DNA of 64,000 nt, from the NCBI GenBank assembly GCA_963775425.1, contig CAVZJB010000005.1:64001-128000 (forward strand), read 5' to 3'. The notes under the pieces are model-generated. The model was given only the letters and a program-made list of their open reading frames with translations, made no database searches and was not told the DNA's origin. Positions within the stretch are counted from its first letter, which is position 1, and each line of letters opens with the position of its first letter. The translations under genes were made by a program, and so were the position numbers. Source of the DNA: an uncultured delta proteobacterium (GTDB lineage: Bacteria; Myxococcota; UBA727; VGSZ01). Of this stretch, positions 20,225-30,399 are shown piece by piece.

Positions 20225-21817
20225 ATGGATGTCGCAAGCCGTCCCGCGCGCCGAACCCTCCTCGCGGCGCTTCTTCCCGCGGTGTGCGCCGGAGCGCTCA
20301 CCGGGTGTCCGGCGGAGCCCACGAAGAAGCCCGTGAAGGCCCCCGCCCCCGTGGTGGGCTCGCAGCCGCTGCGACGGCTCACGCAGGAGCAGCTCAACCT
20401 CACGCTGCGCGATCTGTTCGCGGGCATCGACCTGCCCTTCGTGGCGCTCAACGACGGCGACACGGGCGCCCGCGGCGGCGTCTTCGAGGGCGACGTCTCG
20501 CGCCAGACACCCACCGACCTCGCCGTCGAGCAACTGCGCTCGGGGAGCATCGCGGTGTCCAAGGCCGTCGTCGAGCAAAAGGACGTGCTCCTCGCCGGCG
20601 ACGACGCTCACGCGATGATCGAGAAGCTCCTGCCGCGCGCCTTCCGGCGGCCGGCGACGCAGCGCGAGGTCGAGGTCTTCACGGGCTTCTACGACGACGA
20701 GCTCGCCCAAAACGACGCCAACGACGACGTCGCGCTCGAGCTCGTGCTGCAGGCGATCATCCAGTCGCCTTCCTTCGTCTACCGCGTCGAAGCCGGCGAC
20801 GATCCCTACGCCATCGCCAGCCGGCTGTCGTACCTGCTGTGGAGCACCATGCCCGACGACGTCCTCTTCGCCGCCGCCGCCGCCGACGAGCTGAAGACGC
20901 CCGACCAGCTCGAGGCGCAGGCGCGGCGCATGTTCGATGACTCCCGCGCGCACGACGCCGTGCTCTCGTTCCACCGCCAGTGGCTCGACCTCGACAAGGT
21001 GCTCGCCACAAACAAGGACGCCGCCACCTTCCCCGAGTGGAACGACGACCTGCGCCAGTCCATGCGCACCGAGGCGGACAAGATGATCGAGGAGGTGGTG
21101 TTCGGCACGGGCGACAAGAAGCTGCGCACGCTCCTCACCACCACCAAGACGCGCGTCGACGCGTCGCTCGCCGCCGTCTACGGCATCCCGGCACCGCAAA
21201 ACGACTGGGACCTCGTCGACCTGCCCGCGGACCAGCGCGCCGGCATCGTGACCGACGCGGCGTTCCTCGCGTCGGCGGCGCACCAGGTGTACGGCTCGCC
21301 CGTGTTGCGCGGCGTGTTCGTCCTCGACCGCTTCCTCTGCGAGGCGCCGCCGCCCCCACCACCCAACGTCAACACCAACCCGCCCGACCCGAGCGACGAC
21401 GGCGCGCCCGCCACCAACCGCGAGCGCTTCTCCGAGCACGTCATCAACCCCTCGTGCGCGTCCTGCCACGCCAGCATCGACGGCGTCGGCTTCGGGCTCG
21501 AGGGCTACGACGCCGTCGGCCGCTTCCGCACCGAGGACAACGGCTTCCCCGTCGACGACAGCGGCACCGTCGACGGCGTCGACTTCCACGGCGGCCCCGG
21601 CCTCGCCGCGCTGCTCGCCGACAGCTCCGGCGTGCGCGACTGCGTCGCGCGCCACTGGCTCACCTTCGCGCGCGGGCGCGCGGAAGAGGCGGACGACGGG
21701 CAGACCATCGACCAGGTCCAAAAGGCCTTCGACAAGGCCGACGGCGACATCGAGGAGCTCCTCGTGTCCATCGTGCGCACGCCCGCGTTCCGCACGCTCC
21801 CGGAGGTGACGCAATGA
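20225..21817 (+). CDS. DUF1592-family (DUF1587/1595/1592/1588/1585) lipoprotein, copy 1
   Basis: Lipobox LTGC; LRRLT, RAFRRP, SPSFVYRVE, ASRLSYLLWSTMPD, SPVLRG, CASCH, GFGLEGYDAVGRFR. Confidence 0.92.
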   Translation: MDVASRPARRTLLAALLPAVCAGALTGCPAEPTKKPVKAPAPVVGSQPLRRLTQEQLNLTLRDLFAGIDLPFVALNDGDTGARGGVFEGDVSRQTPTDLAVEQLRSGSIAVSKAVVEQKDVLLAGDDAHAMIEKLLPRAFRRPATQREVEVFTGFYDDELAQNDANDDVALELVLQAIIQSPSFVYRVEAGDDPYAIASRLSYLLWSTMPDDVLFAAAAADELKTPDQLEAQARRMFDDSRAHDAVLSFHRQWLDLDKVLATNKDAATFPEWNDDLRQSMRTEADKMIEEVVFGTGDKKLRTLLTTTKTRVDASLAAVYGIPAPQNDWDLVDLPADQRAGIVTDAAFLASAAHQVYGSPVLRGVFVLDRFLCEAPPPPPPNVNTNPPDPSDDGAPATNRERFSEHVINPSCASCHASIDGVGFGLEGYDAVGRFRTEDNGFPVDDSGTVDGVDFHGGPGLAALLADSSGVRDCVARHWLTFARGRAEEADDGQTIDQVQKAFDKADGDIEELLVSIVRTPAFRTLPEVTQ

Positions 21818-23214
21818 CCCGCCGGTTCACGCTCAATCGCCGTCAGCTCCTGGCCGCGAGCGGCATGCTCGCGGGCTCTTTGATGTTGCCGTCGCGGCGC
21901 GCGCGCGCGCAGACGGCGCCGCCCAAGCGGCTCGTGATCTTCTTCACGCAGCACGGCACGGTCTACGACAATTGGAAGATGCGGCCGAACGGCGCGCCCG
22001 ACGACGGCACGGCGTTCACCGCCGATCTCGGCGGCCTCGCCGAGAGCGACTTCTCCACCATCCTGCAGCCGCTGTATCCGTTCCGCGAGAAGCTCGCGGT
22101 CGTCGACGGGTTGAGCATGGCGAGCGCCGAGGCCGACGACCTCGGCAACGGCCACGACATCGGCACGCGCCACTCGCTCACGGGCGCGTTCCTCGTCGAC
22201 GGCGCCGCCGGCGGCCCCTCCATCGATCAAGTGGTGGCGCAGCAGATCCGCTCCCCCGGGCGCATCGACTCCCTGGAGCTCGCCGTCATCGGCGCGCTCA
22301 ACGGCGGCGCCATCTGGCGCGGCGCCGGGCAGTCGGTGCCGCCCGACTCGAGCGCGCAGAGCGTCTTCAATCGCGTCTTCCCCGCGCAGGACGGCGGCAC
22401 CACCATCACGCCGGACGACCTGGTGCGCGCGGCGCAGCCGAGCGTGCTCGACCTCGTGCAGAACGAGTACGACCTCACGTCGAAGCGGCTGACGGGCCTC
22501 GACGGCCAGAAGCTCGCGCAGCACCGCGATCTGGTGCGCGCGGTGCAGCAGCGCCTCCTCGACCTCGCCAACATCCAGTGCACGCGCCCGAGCGCGCCCG
22601 TCATCGACAATTCCGACGAGGCGGCGGCGTACGAGTCGCGGGCGTCGGCGATGTTCTCGCTGACGACGGCGGCGCTCGCTTGCGACCTCACGCGCGTGGT
22701 GACCATCCAGATGGGCCAGCTCGGCGCGTCGCAGATCGGCGCGCCGCCCGGCGACGTGCACGCGGAGTACGCGCATCAGGTCGAGGTGGACGAGACCGCC
22801 AAGGCGTTCATGACCACCTACCACAACGTGCACGCGCGCCAGCTCGCGGAGCTGTTGTCGCTGCTCGACGCCGTGCCCGAGGCGGGCGGTACGTTGCTCG
22901 ACTCGTGCGCGGTGGTGTGGTGCGGCGAGCTCGCCGACGGCGTCCACAACTACCGCCCGTGGCCGGCGGTGGTTGCCGGCGGTGCGCTCGGCGCGAGCGG
23001 GAAGTACGTGCGCCTGCCCATCGCGACGCCGAACCCGTCCATCGCCACCAACTTCCCGAACTACGTCCCCACCATCGGCCCGCCGCACAACCGCTTCTGG
23101 GTGAGCGTGGGGCAGGCCCTGGGGGCGAACGTCGACACCCTCGGCGAGACGACGCTGACGTGCCCCGACGGGCAGACCATCGATTGCACCGGGCCTCTCG
23201 AGGAGCTCGGGTGA
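21814..23214 (+). CDS. DUF1552-family Tat-exported protein, copy 1
   Basis: Tat-like NRRQLL; PKRLVIFFTQHG, SIDQVVA, ALACDLTRV, HAEYAH, TLLD; ATGA overlap with the upstream gene. Confidence 0.92.
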   Translation: MTRRFTLNRRQLLAASGMLAGSLMLPSRRARAQTAPPKRLVIFFTQHGTVYDNWKMRPNGAPDDGTAFTADLGGLAESDFSTILQPLYPFREKLAVVDGLSMASAEADDLGNGHDIGTRHSLTGAFLVDGAAGGPSIDQVVAQQIRSPGRIDSLELAVIGALNGGAIWRGAGQSVPPDSSAQSVFNRVFPAQDGGTTITPDDLVRAAQPSVLDLVQNEYDLTSKRLTGLDGQKLAQHRDLVRAVQQRLLDLANIQCTRPSAPVIDNSDEAAAYESRASAMFSLTTAALACDLTRVVTIQMGQLGASQIGAPPGDVHAEYAHQVEVDETAKAFMTTYHNVHARQLAELLSLLDAVPEAGGTLLDSCAVVWCGELADGVHNYRPWPAVVAGGALGASGKYVRLPIATPNPSIATNFPNYVPTIGPPHNRFWVSVGQALGANVDTLGETTLTCPDGQTIDCTGPLEELG

Positions 23215-24257
23215 CGCTCGCCCGGCTGGTCTCGTGCGCGTGGTTGTGCGCGGGCGCGTGCGCCGGCATCGCGGCCGCCGCCGGCTGTCCCGCCGCCGGC
23301 GAAGAGGGCGAGGGCGAGGGCGACGCCGGCGAGGGCGAGGGCGAGGGCGACGCCGGCGAAGGGGAAGGCGAGGGCGAAGGCGAAGGCGAAGGCGAAGGCG
23401 AGGGCGAGCCCGGCGGCGGCTTCTTCCTCGCGGTGGGCTACGGCGGCCGGCGCATGTCTTCCGTCGACGGCACGGCGTGGCAGAACGACACGAGCGACGC
23501 GCAAAACGGCGGCGACGACGACAACCTGCTCCGCGGCGCCTGCGCGGGCGTCGCCCCCGACGGCACGCACCTGGGCGTGGCGGTGGGAGGCTCCGCGCAG
23601 GGGCGCATCCTGATCACGAGCGACGGCGTGCATTTCACGCCGCACATCGACGACCTCGGCTGGCTCGGCGGGTGCGCGTTCTCCGACGACGGCGTCATCG
23701 TGGCCGTGGGCTCGGCGCGCTCCATCCGCAGCCTGGACGGCGGCGCCACGTGGACCGATCCGACGTCGGAATTCTTCGGTGGCAACGGCTGGCAGGCGCG
23801 CGACATCGCGTTCGTCGCCGGGACCTTCGTCGCCGCGGGGGACCAGGGCGGGTCGGCGAGCCAGGACGGCGTCACGTGGACCACGCCCGCGGGGCCGGCC
23901 TTCACGCACGTCGACGCCGGCAACGGCGTGTTCGTGGCCGTCGGCGACGGCGCGCGGGCGCACTCGACGGACGGCGTGCAGTGGACCGTGGACGACAAGC
24001 CCGGCGTGAAGGACGTGGTGTTCGACGGCGCGCGCTTCGTGGTGGTCGGCGACTTCCTCGTGCAGCTCTCCGACGACGGCGTCACATGGGACGAGCACAC
24101 GGGCGAGCCCCCGCTCGACCTCGTCGCGTTCGGCGCGGGCGCCTACGTCTCGTCGACGTTCTCGAACACCCGCCGCGTGTCCAGCGACGCTCTCGACTGG
24201 AACATCATCGCCGACGACGACGACAACATCCTCTCCGCCGTCGTCTACGTCCCCTGA
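23211..24257 (+). CDS. Lipoprotein with a (GE)n linker and BNR/Asp-box beta-propeller
   Basis: GTGA overlap; lipobox AAGC; repeated S.DG..W Asp-box motifs and FVAVG blades. Confidence 0.8.
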   Translation: MTLARLVSCAWLCAGACAGIAAAAGCPAAGEEGEGEGDAGEGEGEGDAGEGEGEGEGEGEGEGEGEPGGGFFLAVGYGGRRMSSVDGTAWQNDTSDAQNGGDDDNLLRGACAGVAPDGTHLGVAVGGSAQGRILITSDGVHFTPHIDDLGWLGGCAFSDDGVIVAVGSARSIRSLDGGATWTDPTSEFFGGNGWQARDIAFVAGTFVAAGDQGGSASQDGVTWTTPAGPAFTHVDAGNGVFVAVGDGARAHSTDGVQWTVDDKPGVKDVVFDGARFVVVGDFLVQLSDDGVTWDEHTGEPPLDLVAFGAGAYVSSTFSNTRRVSSDALDWNIIADDDDNILSAVVYVP

Positions 24258-24545
24258 GCCGCGCGCCGCGCGATCGCGCAGGCAGCCACACGCGCGCTTC
24301 GCACATGGTCATTTCGCACTGCGCGACAGCGTAAAAAGCCCATGACATCGATGCGACGACGGCGCGCGATATCGCCCGCCGCGAGCCCACCGTCCGTGAT
24401 CGAGGAGAGTGGACCGCGGCGTACGAACGCGTTCTCCGTCGACGATCGGCGTCGCGCGCGGCGCGGTCGCGAGGCGCACATGTGCAAGCTGCCACGGTGT
24501 CTCACGCATGAAGCGTGTGATCGCCACCCCTTAAGGTCCCCTTCG

Positions 24546-26324
24546 ATGAAACGAAATTCGTCACGAACGTCTCTGCTCGTCGTCGCCGCGCTGCTCGCCG
24601 CGACGCTGTCCTGCACCACCCAGCTCGGTTCGCCGGGGCGGGCCCCCGACGGCAAGAGCTCCGTCTCCGGTGGCCGCAACCCGATAAACGGCTCGGGCGA
24701 TCCGTCGGACCCTTCGGATCCGTCGAGCCCGTCGAACCCCTCCGATCCCTCGGACCCGTCGAACCCGTCGAGCCCCGACCTCGGGACGCCCACCGCGCCG
24801 ATGCGCAGGCTCACCGAGGAAGAGCTCAACCACACCGTGCGCGATCTCTTCGCGGGCATCACCGTTCCCTCGATCGTGCTGAACGACGGAGAGGGCAAGG
24901 GCTTCGACGGCGACGTCGCGCGCCAGACGCCGTCCGACCTCGTCGTCGACGAGCTGCGCACCGGCAGCATCGCCATCGCCGCCGCCGCCGTCACCCGCAG
25001 GGACCTGCTCCTGCCGCGACAGCCGGGCAGCGACATCGCAGACCAGCACGCCGCCGGGCACGAATTCGTCGCCGCCTTCGCGCCGCGCGCGCTGCGCCGC
25101 CCGCTCACGCAGGGCGAGCTCGACGCGTACGACGGCCTCTTCGACGCCTCGCTCGACGAGCAGACCGCCATCGGCCCCGGCGCGTTCGACATCGCCGTCC
25201 AGCTCGTGATCCAGGCGCTCTTGCAGTCGCCGTCGTTCCTGTACCGCGTGGAGATCGGCGACGCGGCCGCCGCCGCCGCCGCCGAGACGGTGCCCGTCGC
25301 GCCCTACGAGATGGCGAGCCGCCTGTCGTACCTGTTGTGGGGGAGCATGCCGGATCAGGAGCTCTTCGACGCCGCCGCCGCCGACGCGCTGCGCACGCCC
25401 GAGCAGCTCGAGGCCCAGGCGCGGCGCATGCTCGGCGAACCCGGCGCGCACGACGCCGTGCTCTCGTTCCATCGCCAGTGGCTCGACCTCGACAAGGTGC
25501 TCGACAGCCCCAAGGACGCCGCCACGTTTCCGGCGTGGTCGACGTCGTTGGCGGAGTCGGTGCGCACGGAAGCCGACGCCATGATCGACGAGGCCATCTT
25601 CGGCTCCGGCGACGGCACGCTGCGCTCGCTGCTCACCACGACCACCACGCGCGTCGACGCGCAGGTGGCGGCGCTCTACGGCATCCCCGCTCCCGCCCAC
25701 GACTGGGACCTCGTGCAGCTCCCCGGCGCGCAGCGCGCGGGCCTGATCACGGACCCCGCGTTCCTCGCCAGCCGCGCGCACGCGGTGTTCGGCTCGCCCG
25801 TCCTGCGCGGCGTGTTCGTCCTCGATCGCTTCCTCTGTGAGGCGCCGCCGCCGCCCGCGGCCGTCAACACCACGCCGCCGTCGACGGTGGATCCGGCGGC
25901 GCCGACGACGAACCGCCAACGCTATGAGCAGCACGTGTCGGACACCGCCTGCCAGGGCTGCCACAACATGATCGACGGCATCGGCATGGGCCTCGAGGGT
26001 TACGACGCCATCGGGCGCTACCGCACCACCGACAACGGCTTCCCCGTCGACGACAGCGGCACCCTCGCGCCCTCCGGCGCCGGCGGCACGTTCGCCGGCG
26101 GCCCCGAGCTCGCCGAGATCCTCGCGGACTCGCCCGTCGTCGAGGACTGCGTGGCGCGCCACTGGCTCACCTGGATGCGCGGCCGCGCCGAGGAGGCCGC
26201 GGACCAGGCGCAGATCGACGACGTCACCGGCGCCTTCGACGGCGCGGGCGGCGACGTCAAAGAGCTCCTCGTCGCCATCGTCAAGACCCCCGCGTTCCGC
26301 ACTCTCCCCAAGGTGACCCCATGA
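24546..26324 (+). CDS. DUF1592-family lipoprotein, copy 2
   Basis: Lipobox TLSC; DPS/NPS linker; same motif series as copy 1, including CQGCH. Confidence 0.92.
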   Translation: MKRNSSRTSLLVVAALLAATLSCTTQLGSPGRAPDGKSSVSGGRNPINGSGDPSDPSDPSSPSNPSDPSDPSNPSSPDLGTPTAPMRRLTEEELNHTVRDLFAGITVPSIVLNDGEGKGFDGDVARQTPSDLVVDELRTGSIAIAAAAVTRRDLLLPRQPGSDIADQHAAGHEFVAAFAPRALRRPLTQGELDAYDGLFDASLDEQTAIGPGAFDIAVQLVIQALLQSPSFLYRVEIGDAAAAAAAETVPVAPYEMASRLSYLLWGSMPDQELFDAAAADALRTPEQLEAQARRMLGEPGAHDAVLSFHRQWLDLDKVLDSPKDAATFPAWSTSLAESVRTEADAMIDEAIFGSGDGTLRSLLTTTTTRVDAQVAALYGIPAPAHDWDLVQLPGAQRAGLITDPAFLASRAHAVFGSPVLRGVFVLDRFLCEAPPPPAAVNTTPPSTVDPAAPTTNRQRYEQHVSDTACQGCHNMIDGIGMGLEGYDAIGRYRTTDNGFPVDDSGTLAPSGAGGTFAGGPELAEILADSPVVEDCVARHWLTWMRGRAEEAADQAQIDDVTGAFDGAGGDVKELLVAIVKTPAFRTLPKVTP

Positions 26325-27715
26325 ACATCAACATCAACCGCCGCCGGCTCCTCGCCGCCAGCGGCCTGCTGGCAGGCTCGCTGTTCCTCCCCTCGCGCCG
26401 CGCGCGCGCGCAGTCGGCGGCGCCGCCCAAGCGCCTCGTGGTGTTCTTCACGCAGCACGGCACCGTGTATCCGAACTGGCGGATGCGCCCCGCGGGCGTG
26501 TCCGAGAGCGCCGACTTCGAATTCGATCTGGCGTCGGCGGCGGAGAGCGAGCTGTCGCCCATCCTGCAGCCGATGTGGGGCATGCGGCAAAAGCTCTGCG
26601 TCGTCGACGGTGTGTCGATGGCGTCGGCGGAGGCCAACCCCATCGGCAACAACCACGACATCGGCACGCGCCACGCGCTCACCGGCCAGCTCCTCCAGGG
26701 CGGCGGGGCGGGCGGCGCCTCCATCGATCAGATCGTGGCGGGGCAGATCCGCGTCGCCGGCCGAATCGACTCGCTCGAGCTCGCCGTCGTCGGCACCGCC
26801 AACGGCGGCGCCGTGTGGCGCGGCGCGGGACAATCCCTGCCCGCGGACGCCGACCCGTCCAGCGTCTACAACCGCGTGTTCCCGTCGAGCTTCGAGTCGC
26901 CGACGCCGACGGCGGACCAGCGCATCCACAACGCGCAGCAGAGCGTGCTCGACGTCGTCAAGGAGCAGTACGCGGCGTTGGCGCCGCGGCTGTCGACGGC
27001 GGACAGGCAGAAGCTCGAGCTGCACCACGACCTCGTGCGCGACGCGGAGGCGCGGCTGCAGACGCTCCAGTCGATGCAGTGCGCGCGGCCCTCGAGCCCG
27101 TCGCTGTCGGGGTCGTACGGCGGCGCGGCGTATTACGACACGCGCTGCGACGCGATGTGGCGGATGATCACGGCGGCGCTCGCGTGCGATCTCACGCGCG
27201 TCGTCACCGTGCAGATGGGTCAGCTCTGGCCCGAACAGATCGGCGCGCCGCCGGGCGACGTGCACGCCGACTACGCGCATCACCAAAACGACAACGCCAC
27301 CGCGCGCCAGATGATGACCAACTACGGGCGCGTCCACGCCACCGAGTTCGCCGAGCTGCTCGCGCTGCTCGACTCCGTCCCCGAGGGCAACGGCACGCTG
27401 CTCGACTCCTGCGCCGTGGTCTGGGTGAGCGAGCTGGCCAACGGCGTCCACGACCTGCGCCCGTGGCCGGTGGTGATCGGCGGCGGCGCCATCGCCGGCG
27501 GCCGCTACCTCTACTACGCGCCCAACATCGCGAACCCGTCGACGGGCACGTCGTTCCCCGGCTACAACGCGGTGATCGGCCCGCCGCACAACAAGCTCTG
27601 GGTGAGCGTGGCCAACGCCGTCGGCGCCCCGATCACCTCGTTGGGCGCCACGAGCCTGACGACGCCGACGGGCGCGCACGTGGACTGCACCGGTCCGCTC
27701 CCGCGCCTGAGCTGA
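26321..27715 (+). CDS. DUF1552-family Tat-exported protein, copy 2
   Basis: NRRRLL Tat-like signal; PKRLVVFFTQHG, SIDQIVA, ALACDLTRV, HADYAH. Confidence 0.92.
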   Translation: MNININRRRLLAASGLLAGSLFLPSRRARAQSAAPPKRLVVFFTQHGTVYPNWRMRPAGVSESADFEFDLASAAESELSPILQPMWGMRQKLCVVDGVSMASAEANPIGNNHDIGTRHALTGQLLQGGGAGGASIDQIVAGQIRVAGRIDSLELAVVGTANGGAVWRGAGQSLPADADPSSVYNRVFPSSFESPTPTADQRIHNAQQSVLDVVKEQYAALAPRLSTADRQKLELHHDLVRDAEARLQTLQSMQCARPSSPSLSGSYGGAAYYDTRCDAMWRMITAALACDLTRVVTVQMGQLWPEQIGAPPGDVHADYAHHQNDNATARQMMTNYGRVHATEFAELLALLDSVPEGNGTLLDSCAVVWVSELANGVHDLRPWPVVIGGGAIAGGRYLYYAPNIANPSTGTSFPGYNAVIGPPHNKLWVSVANAVGAPITSLGATSLTTPTGAHVDCTGPLPRLS

Positions 27716-27759
27716 TCGCGCTGAGCGGCGCTCCGAGCTCGGCGGCGTGACGAGCTCTG

Positions 27760-28242
27760 CGGCGTTACGACATTCACGCCGGGACGGCGTTCGTCGCTGA
27801 CGACGACGTCGTGCCCCGCCGCGAATGTCTACGCCGCACGCCGCCGCACGCGTCGACGCGGCACGTGCGCGCCGCATCGACGGCGCGGCTCCTCCCGGCG
27901 CCGGCCGCCGCCCCTCCGTCCGGGCCGACGCGCCGCATCGACGATGGCCCGCGCCGCACGTAGGGCGCCCCCTCGTGGGGCGCGTCGGAGGGGACCGGCA
28001 ACGCCCACGGCGACGGGTCCTTCCCCACGCGCGCGCTTCCCCGGCGCCCGCCTCCTGCGCGACGACGCCCGCGCCGCCGGCGTCACCGCCGCCATCTTTG
28101 CCGGCGCCGGGCGCGGCGCGCGCCGTCGGGCGGGCCGTCGCCGAAAACGCGGTCGCGCTCCTCATCCCATGTCACCGTGTCACCGTGTCACCGTGTCATC
28201 CGCGAGGACGGGGCCGCGGTGCTCGCGTACGAGGCGGCGTGA
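27760..28242 (+). pseudogene. Decayed Ada/Ogt methylated-DNA--protein-cysteine methyltransferase
   Basis: Fragments in different frames: RARFPGARLLRDD, PGAARAVGRAVAENAVALLIPCHRV, IREDG, LAYEAA*. Internal deletions and an 8-bp triplication. Confidence 0.8.
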
Positions 28243-28289
28243 CGTCCCGGGAAATCGCACGCCGATGGAGGTCCCGCTAAGCTCGGCCC

Positions 28290-29111
28290 ATGGTCGACAA
28301 CAAGACGGACGCGAGCGGGATCGGTGTCCTGAGCCTCTACGTCATCGAGGGCTCCGTCGTCGCCTTCATCCTCACGCGCGCGCTGGCCCTGCAGGGGAAC
28401 GCCTTCGCCCTCGCCGCCACGGCCACCGCCACCGTGGTGCTCGCGCTCTGGGCCGGCGGCTGGCCCACCTACGCGCGCATGAAGGAGCTCGACGCCGACG
28501 CCGCGCAGCGCGCGCTGCATCCGGGCTCCACGTTCCGCGGACGGATGCCGCCGAGCGGCGCCGCCGGCGCCCTGTGGAGCGCGGCGCGCTACACCGTCGG
28601 CGCCCTCTTCGCCGCGGAGCGCGCGCTCTACGAAAAGACGCGCGTCGTCTTTCGCCCGCCGCTCGCGGCCGCGTGGTTCGTCGCCGGCGCGTGCGCCGTC
28701 GTCTTCCTTCCGAGGTGCGCGCCGCCGCCCCAGGCCGAGGCGCCCGTCGCCGACGTCGACCCGGCGCCGCCGCCGCTCCCCGTCGAGACCGACCCCTACG
28801 CCTGCCCCAAGGGCACCGAGAAGCGCGGCGCGGCGCCGCCCGACGGACACGAGCTGTGGTGCGAGCGCGACGGGCACAAGGACGGCCCCTACCGCAAGTG
28901 GTTCGACGATCCCGGCGAGCGCCTCGCCATCCAGGGCGCCTACGTCGACGGCAAGCGTGACGGCATGTGGCGCGCCTGGTACTCGAGCGGCGCCAGGAAG
29001 AACGAGGGCGCTTTCAAAGACGGCGCACCCGACGGGCATCACCTCGGCTGGAACGAGGACGGCAAGAAGATCCTCGACGTCACCTACGACAACGGCAAGG
29101 AGATGCGCTAG
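28290..29111 (+). CDS. Membrane protein with C-terminal YwqK/MORN-variant repeats
   Basis: N-terminal TM helices; repeats DGPYRKW, GAYVDGKRDGMWRAWY and GAFKDG..DG; TAAGCT 6 nt before the ATG. Confidence 0.75.
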   Translation: MVDNKTDASGIGVLSLYVIEGSVVAFILTRALALQGNAFALAATATATVVLALWAGGWPTYARMKELDADAAQRALHPGSTFRGRMPPSGAAGALWSAARYTVGALFAAERALYEKTRVVFRPPLAAAWFVAGACAVVFLPRCAPPPQAEAPVADVDPAPPPLPVETDPYACPKGTEKRGAAPPDGHELWCERDGHKDGPYRKWFDDPGERLAIQGAYVDGKRDGMWRAWYSSGARKNEGAFKDGAPDGHHLGWNEDGKKILDVTYDNGKEMR

Positions 29112-29139
29112 CGAGCCGTTCGCCGCGGCGCCGCCCGGT

Positions 29140-30399
29140 TCAGCGGAGGTACTTCCTGGCGAGCTGCTCCTGCCGCGTTTCGAGCGACGTCTTGTCGCCG
29201 TCGATGAGCACCATGTCCGCCCAGGTCGTGGTCTCGAAGGGATCCCCCGACCACAACACGAGGTTCGCGCGCTGGCCCGGCGCGATGACGCCGACGTCGC
29301 CGACGCCGAAGATGCGCGCGGGGTTCTGCGTGATCGCGCGCAGGGCGCCGGCGTGGGTCATGCCGTAGCTGACGGCGACGCCGGCCTCCTGCCGCACGCG
29401 GGTGGTGCCGAGGTCGGTGGCGCCCGACGAGAGGGCGAGGGTGACGCCGGCCTTCTCGAGGAGCGCGGGCGCGTCGTCGCGGGCGCGCAGCGCGTCGAAG
29501 CTGTAGGGCTCCGCCGACATCGGCTGCAGGATCACGGGCACCTTGGCCTGCGCCAGCTCCTTGGCGACCAGCCACGCCTCGGCGCCGCCGTTCACCACCA
29601 CGCGGATGCGCTGCTCCTTGGCGAACGCGAGCAGCGCGCGGATGTCCGCGGCGCGGTCGACGTCGAACACCAGCGGCAGCTTGCCGTTGACGACGTCGAT
29701 GAGCGCCTCGAGGTGCACGCGCGGCAGCGTGAGCGGCCGGGCGGCGGCGCGGTCGTAGGCCGCCTTGTTCTTCGCGTAGAAGCGCACGTCGTCGAAGATC
29801 TCGCGCAGGCGCAACAAGACGCCGCCGCGCGCGCCCCCCGCGCTGTCGGCGGCGGCGCTGCCGAAGCCGCCGAACATCGCCGCCCGCCTGGCGCGCGCGG
29901 GCGAGTCGGGCGCGCCGCTGAGGTCGACGGCGTAGCCCTGGCCGTACAAGAGCGCGCCGCGCGGCGTGAGGATCTCGGTGGTGATTCCCTCGGCGCGATC
30001 GATCACCACGCGCGGCGACGCAGGGTTGAAGCCGTCGATGGCGCGAAAGGCGGGCACCGCCTGCCCGTCGACGTGCGCGTCCGCGGTCTCCTTCTCGGCG
30101 TTGACCTCGACGAGGCCCACCTGCGCGTCCGTGGCCACGAGCCCGGGCGTGAGCACGCGCCCCTTGCCGTCGACGACCTCCGCGCCCGCGGGCACCCTCG
30201 CGCCGGCGCCGGCGGCGACGATCCTGCCGCGGGCGACGACGACGGTGCCGTCGCCGACGACGTGGCCGTCGCCGTCCTCGATGCGGACGTGGGTGAACGC
30301 GATGGCTTTGGCGGCGGCCGTCGCGGCCGGTGCAGCGAGCGCGGGCGCGGCCGCCGTGCAGGCGACGATCGCGAGCATGACGGACAGGGCGGTCTTCAT
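29140..30399 (-). CDS. Amidohydrolase-family protein (metal ligands degenerate)
   Basis: Signal peptide; VDGKGRVLTPGLV but ATDAQ in place of DxHxH; AITQNPARIFG, G.IAPGQRANLVLWSGDPF. Confidence 0.85.
   Translation of the reverse strand: MKTALSVMLAIVACTAAAPALAAPAATAAAKAIAFTHVRIEDGDGHVVGDGTVVVARGRIVAAGAGARVPAGAEVVDGKGRVLTPGLVATDAQVGLVEVNAEKETADAHVDGQAVPAFRAIDGFNPASPRVVIDRAEGITTEILTPRGALLYGQGYAVDLSGAPDSPARARRAAMFGGFGSAAADSAGGARGGVLLRLREIFDDVRFYAKNKAAYDRAAARPLTLPRVHLEALIDVVNGKLPLVFDVDRAADIRALLAFAKEQRIRVVVNGGAEAWLVAKELAQAKVPVILQPMSAEPYSFDALRARDDAPALLEKAGVTLALSSGATDLGTTRVRQEAGVAVSYGMTHAGALRAITQNPARIFGVGDVGVIAPGQRANLVLWSGDPFETTTWADMVLIDGDKTSLETRQEQLARKYLR

Noticed and set aside
27825-28280. Functional 151-aa methyltransferase
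   Set aside because: Only about 25 aa around PCHRV are homologous; the DNA-binding helices and C-terminus are deleted or out of frame.
28290-29111. YwqK-type antitoxin of a toxin-antitoxin pair
   Set aside because: The repeats are fused to TM helices and no toxin gene is adjacent; generic MORN-variant repeats are more likely.
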